DNA of 64,000 bases. Origin: the human T2T-CHM13v2.0 reference genome, Homo sapiens. The notes under the pieces are model-generated. The model saw only the letters and a program-made list of their open reading frames with translations, did not search any database and was not told the origin of the DNA. This document shows, piece after piece, positions 62,455 through 64,000 of this stretch (positions within the stretch are counted from its first letter, which is position 1; each line of letters opens with the position of its first letter). The stretch lies in assembly GCF_009914755.1 (NCBI RefSeq), contig NC_060935.1, one strand, 5' to 3'. Made by a program: the position numbers and the translations under genes.

Positions 62455-63500
62455 ATTTCTTTAGATATTGCCTCTTCTCCAATCTCATTTCTCATCCTCT
62501 ACAACTCTTATTATATTAGACGCATGTTCAACCCATTTAGTCTGCCTCAATTTCTCAACCATTTTCCCCCTATTTTCCATTTCTTTATCTTTGCTGGATT
62601 TTGGTTAGCTTTTCCATCTCTGTCTTCTAGTTCAGTAATTCTCATTTTAGCTATGATCTACCTATTGTTTAACTCTTTCGTTGAATTTTTAATTTCAAAA
62701 ATTAAAAAAATCATTTTTTGGAGTTCTTTCCTATTTTTCAAGTTCACATATTCTTATATAATAATATCTTACCCTTTCCTTGTGGTTTTTACTCCTTTAT
62801 CACTTTAATTATGTTAAGCATAGTTATTCTGTAATACATTTCATATTGTTCTAGTTTCTCAAGTCCTTGAAGTTCTAACAGTCCTCTTCACTATGTCTAA
62901 TTACTCTCTGTCATACTGAATTATTTTCTTCTATGATTTATAAATTTTAATCCCAAGCTCTTGTTGGTAGTTCTTTATCACCCTGGACTGTTGGAAGTGT
63001 AGCTATACAGAGTTTTGCTTCTGCCGGACACCCCAGAACTTCACTGGTGTGAAGGATTATTGTTTATTATAAAACCCTAGGAAGACTGTCAATTGAGACT
63101 TCACAGTTGAATATGGAAAAACCTTGAGCTTTGATTTCTCTGGGAGTTTTTTTTTTTAAGTTTTAGTGTTTAGTTTTTCTAATTCCTCCTTCACTGACAG
63201 ACAGCAATTCTATGATTCTGCCTTTATGCTGGGGTCTCAGGTCCAACTTTCTGCCTCACACAAGTCAAAGCCTTATCTCTTGTCTCCAGGAGACCTTCAA
63301 AGCTACAGCCCCTAGTTCCTAGTGGCTAGATCCAGTCACCAGCCCCCTCAGCCTCCACAGCATCAGCTGGTAAGTTTATTACTCTGGCTTTAATTTTCCT
63401 TTTCTTGCACCCACTGACATCTATGTTATGACAAGTCAGTCTTTTGTTATTTTTTTTATTGATAACTTCCATGTGGTTAAAGGCGATGAGTAGCTCTGCT
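62455..63500 (-). mobile_element. Ancient L1M/HAL1 ORF1-5'UTR remnant
   Basis: T-rich antisense ORF1 signature (tcttctagttcagtaattctc...tttaactctttcgttgaattttta). Confidence 0.5.
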
Positions 63501-64000
63501 TAGACTCAGCCCATCAAGCTCCCAAAATTACCCCATGATTTTTAGACCATGATTTCTCCTTCTTCTGCCTCCACTTCTGAATTTATTCAGGTTACCCTGC
63601 TCCTGTGGCCCCTCATATCTAGAAGCTTCACCATCTTACACAAAATTTCCAATCACATTTATATTCTTTATAGATATTCTAAGGTTCTGTGCAGTCGCAG
63701 AGGTAAGAGAATCTCGTTGTGGTGCGCATTGCCATCTGCCATCTTGTTGCTCCAACCTTCCTTCTTTCTTTTTCTCAGCCAGACCCTGTAGGCTCTGACT
63801 TTTCCAAAATCTCGTGCTCCTACATGTCTTCTTCCTTAGCATGCATAGGAAGCTTAATTCTCCTAACAAAATGTAGACCTCACTTGACAAAAGCATATCT
63901 GTGTTCTCCAACGCCATGAACATTTTGGTGAATAGGATTTTCTTTATACCTTCAGACTCACAAAAGTCATGCAGAGAACAGAGACAAGACCAAACATTGC

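Noticed and set aside
62419-62808. 129-aa hydrophobic ORF as a membrane protein
   Set aside because: T-rich antisense L1 remnant gives F/L/I/S-rich pseudo-ORFs
63674-63702. Possible 29-nt plus-strand micro-exon (tag|...gag|gtaaga)
   Set aside because: Weak pyrimidine tract, L2-like surroundings, no recognisable peptide or partner exons

Overview
This is primate (very likely human or great-ape) AT-rich genomic DNA dominated by transposable elements. I found no protein-coding gene, RNA gene, CpG island or CRISPR array; it reads as intergenic or deep-intronic. It holds a full-length but ORF-disrupted L1PA4-like LINE-1 (minus, 17348-23492), a near-full-length L1PA15-like element (49213-56355), an internally deleted L1PA16-like element, and older L1M/L2/MIR fragments. 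It also holds about 10 Alus, many solo LTRs (MLT1, THE1, MST, MLT2, MER41, LTR54, ERVL), a MADE1 MITE and MER3. Subfamily names come from recalled consensus features, not a RepeatMasker run. The most striking structure is a ~98% identical ~400-bp palindrome (6663-7066) built into the 5' end of a young L1PA2 insertion. Its loop is genuine L1 sequence and its right arm is an inverted copy of the flanking DNA, which points to fold-back/template-switch synthesis. Several other local templated duplications occur in the window. I see no evidence of a new gene system; the novelty is mechanistic (DNA rearrangement scars).
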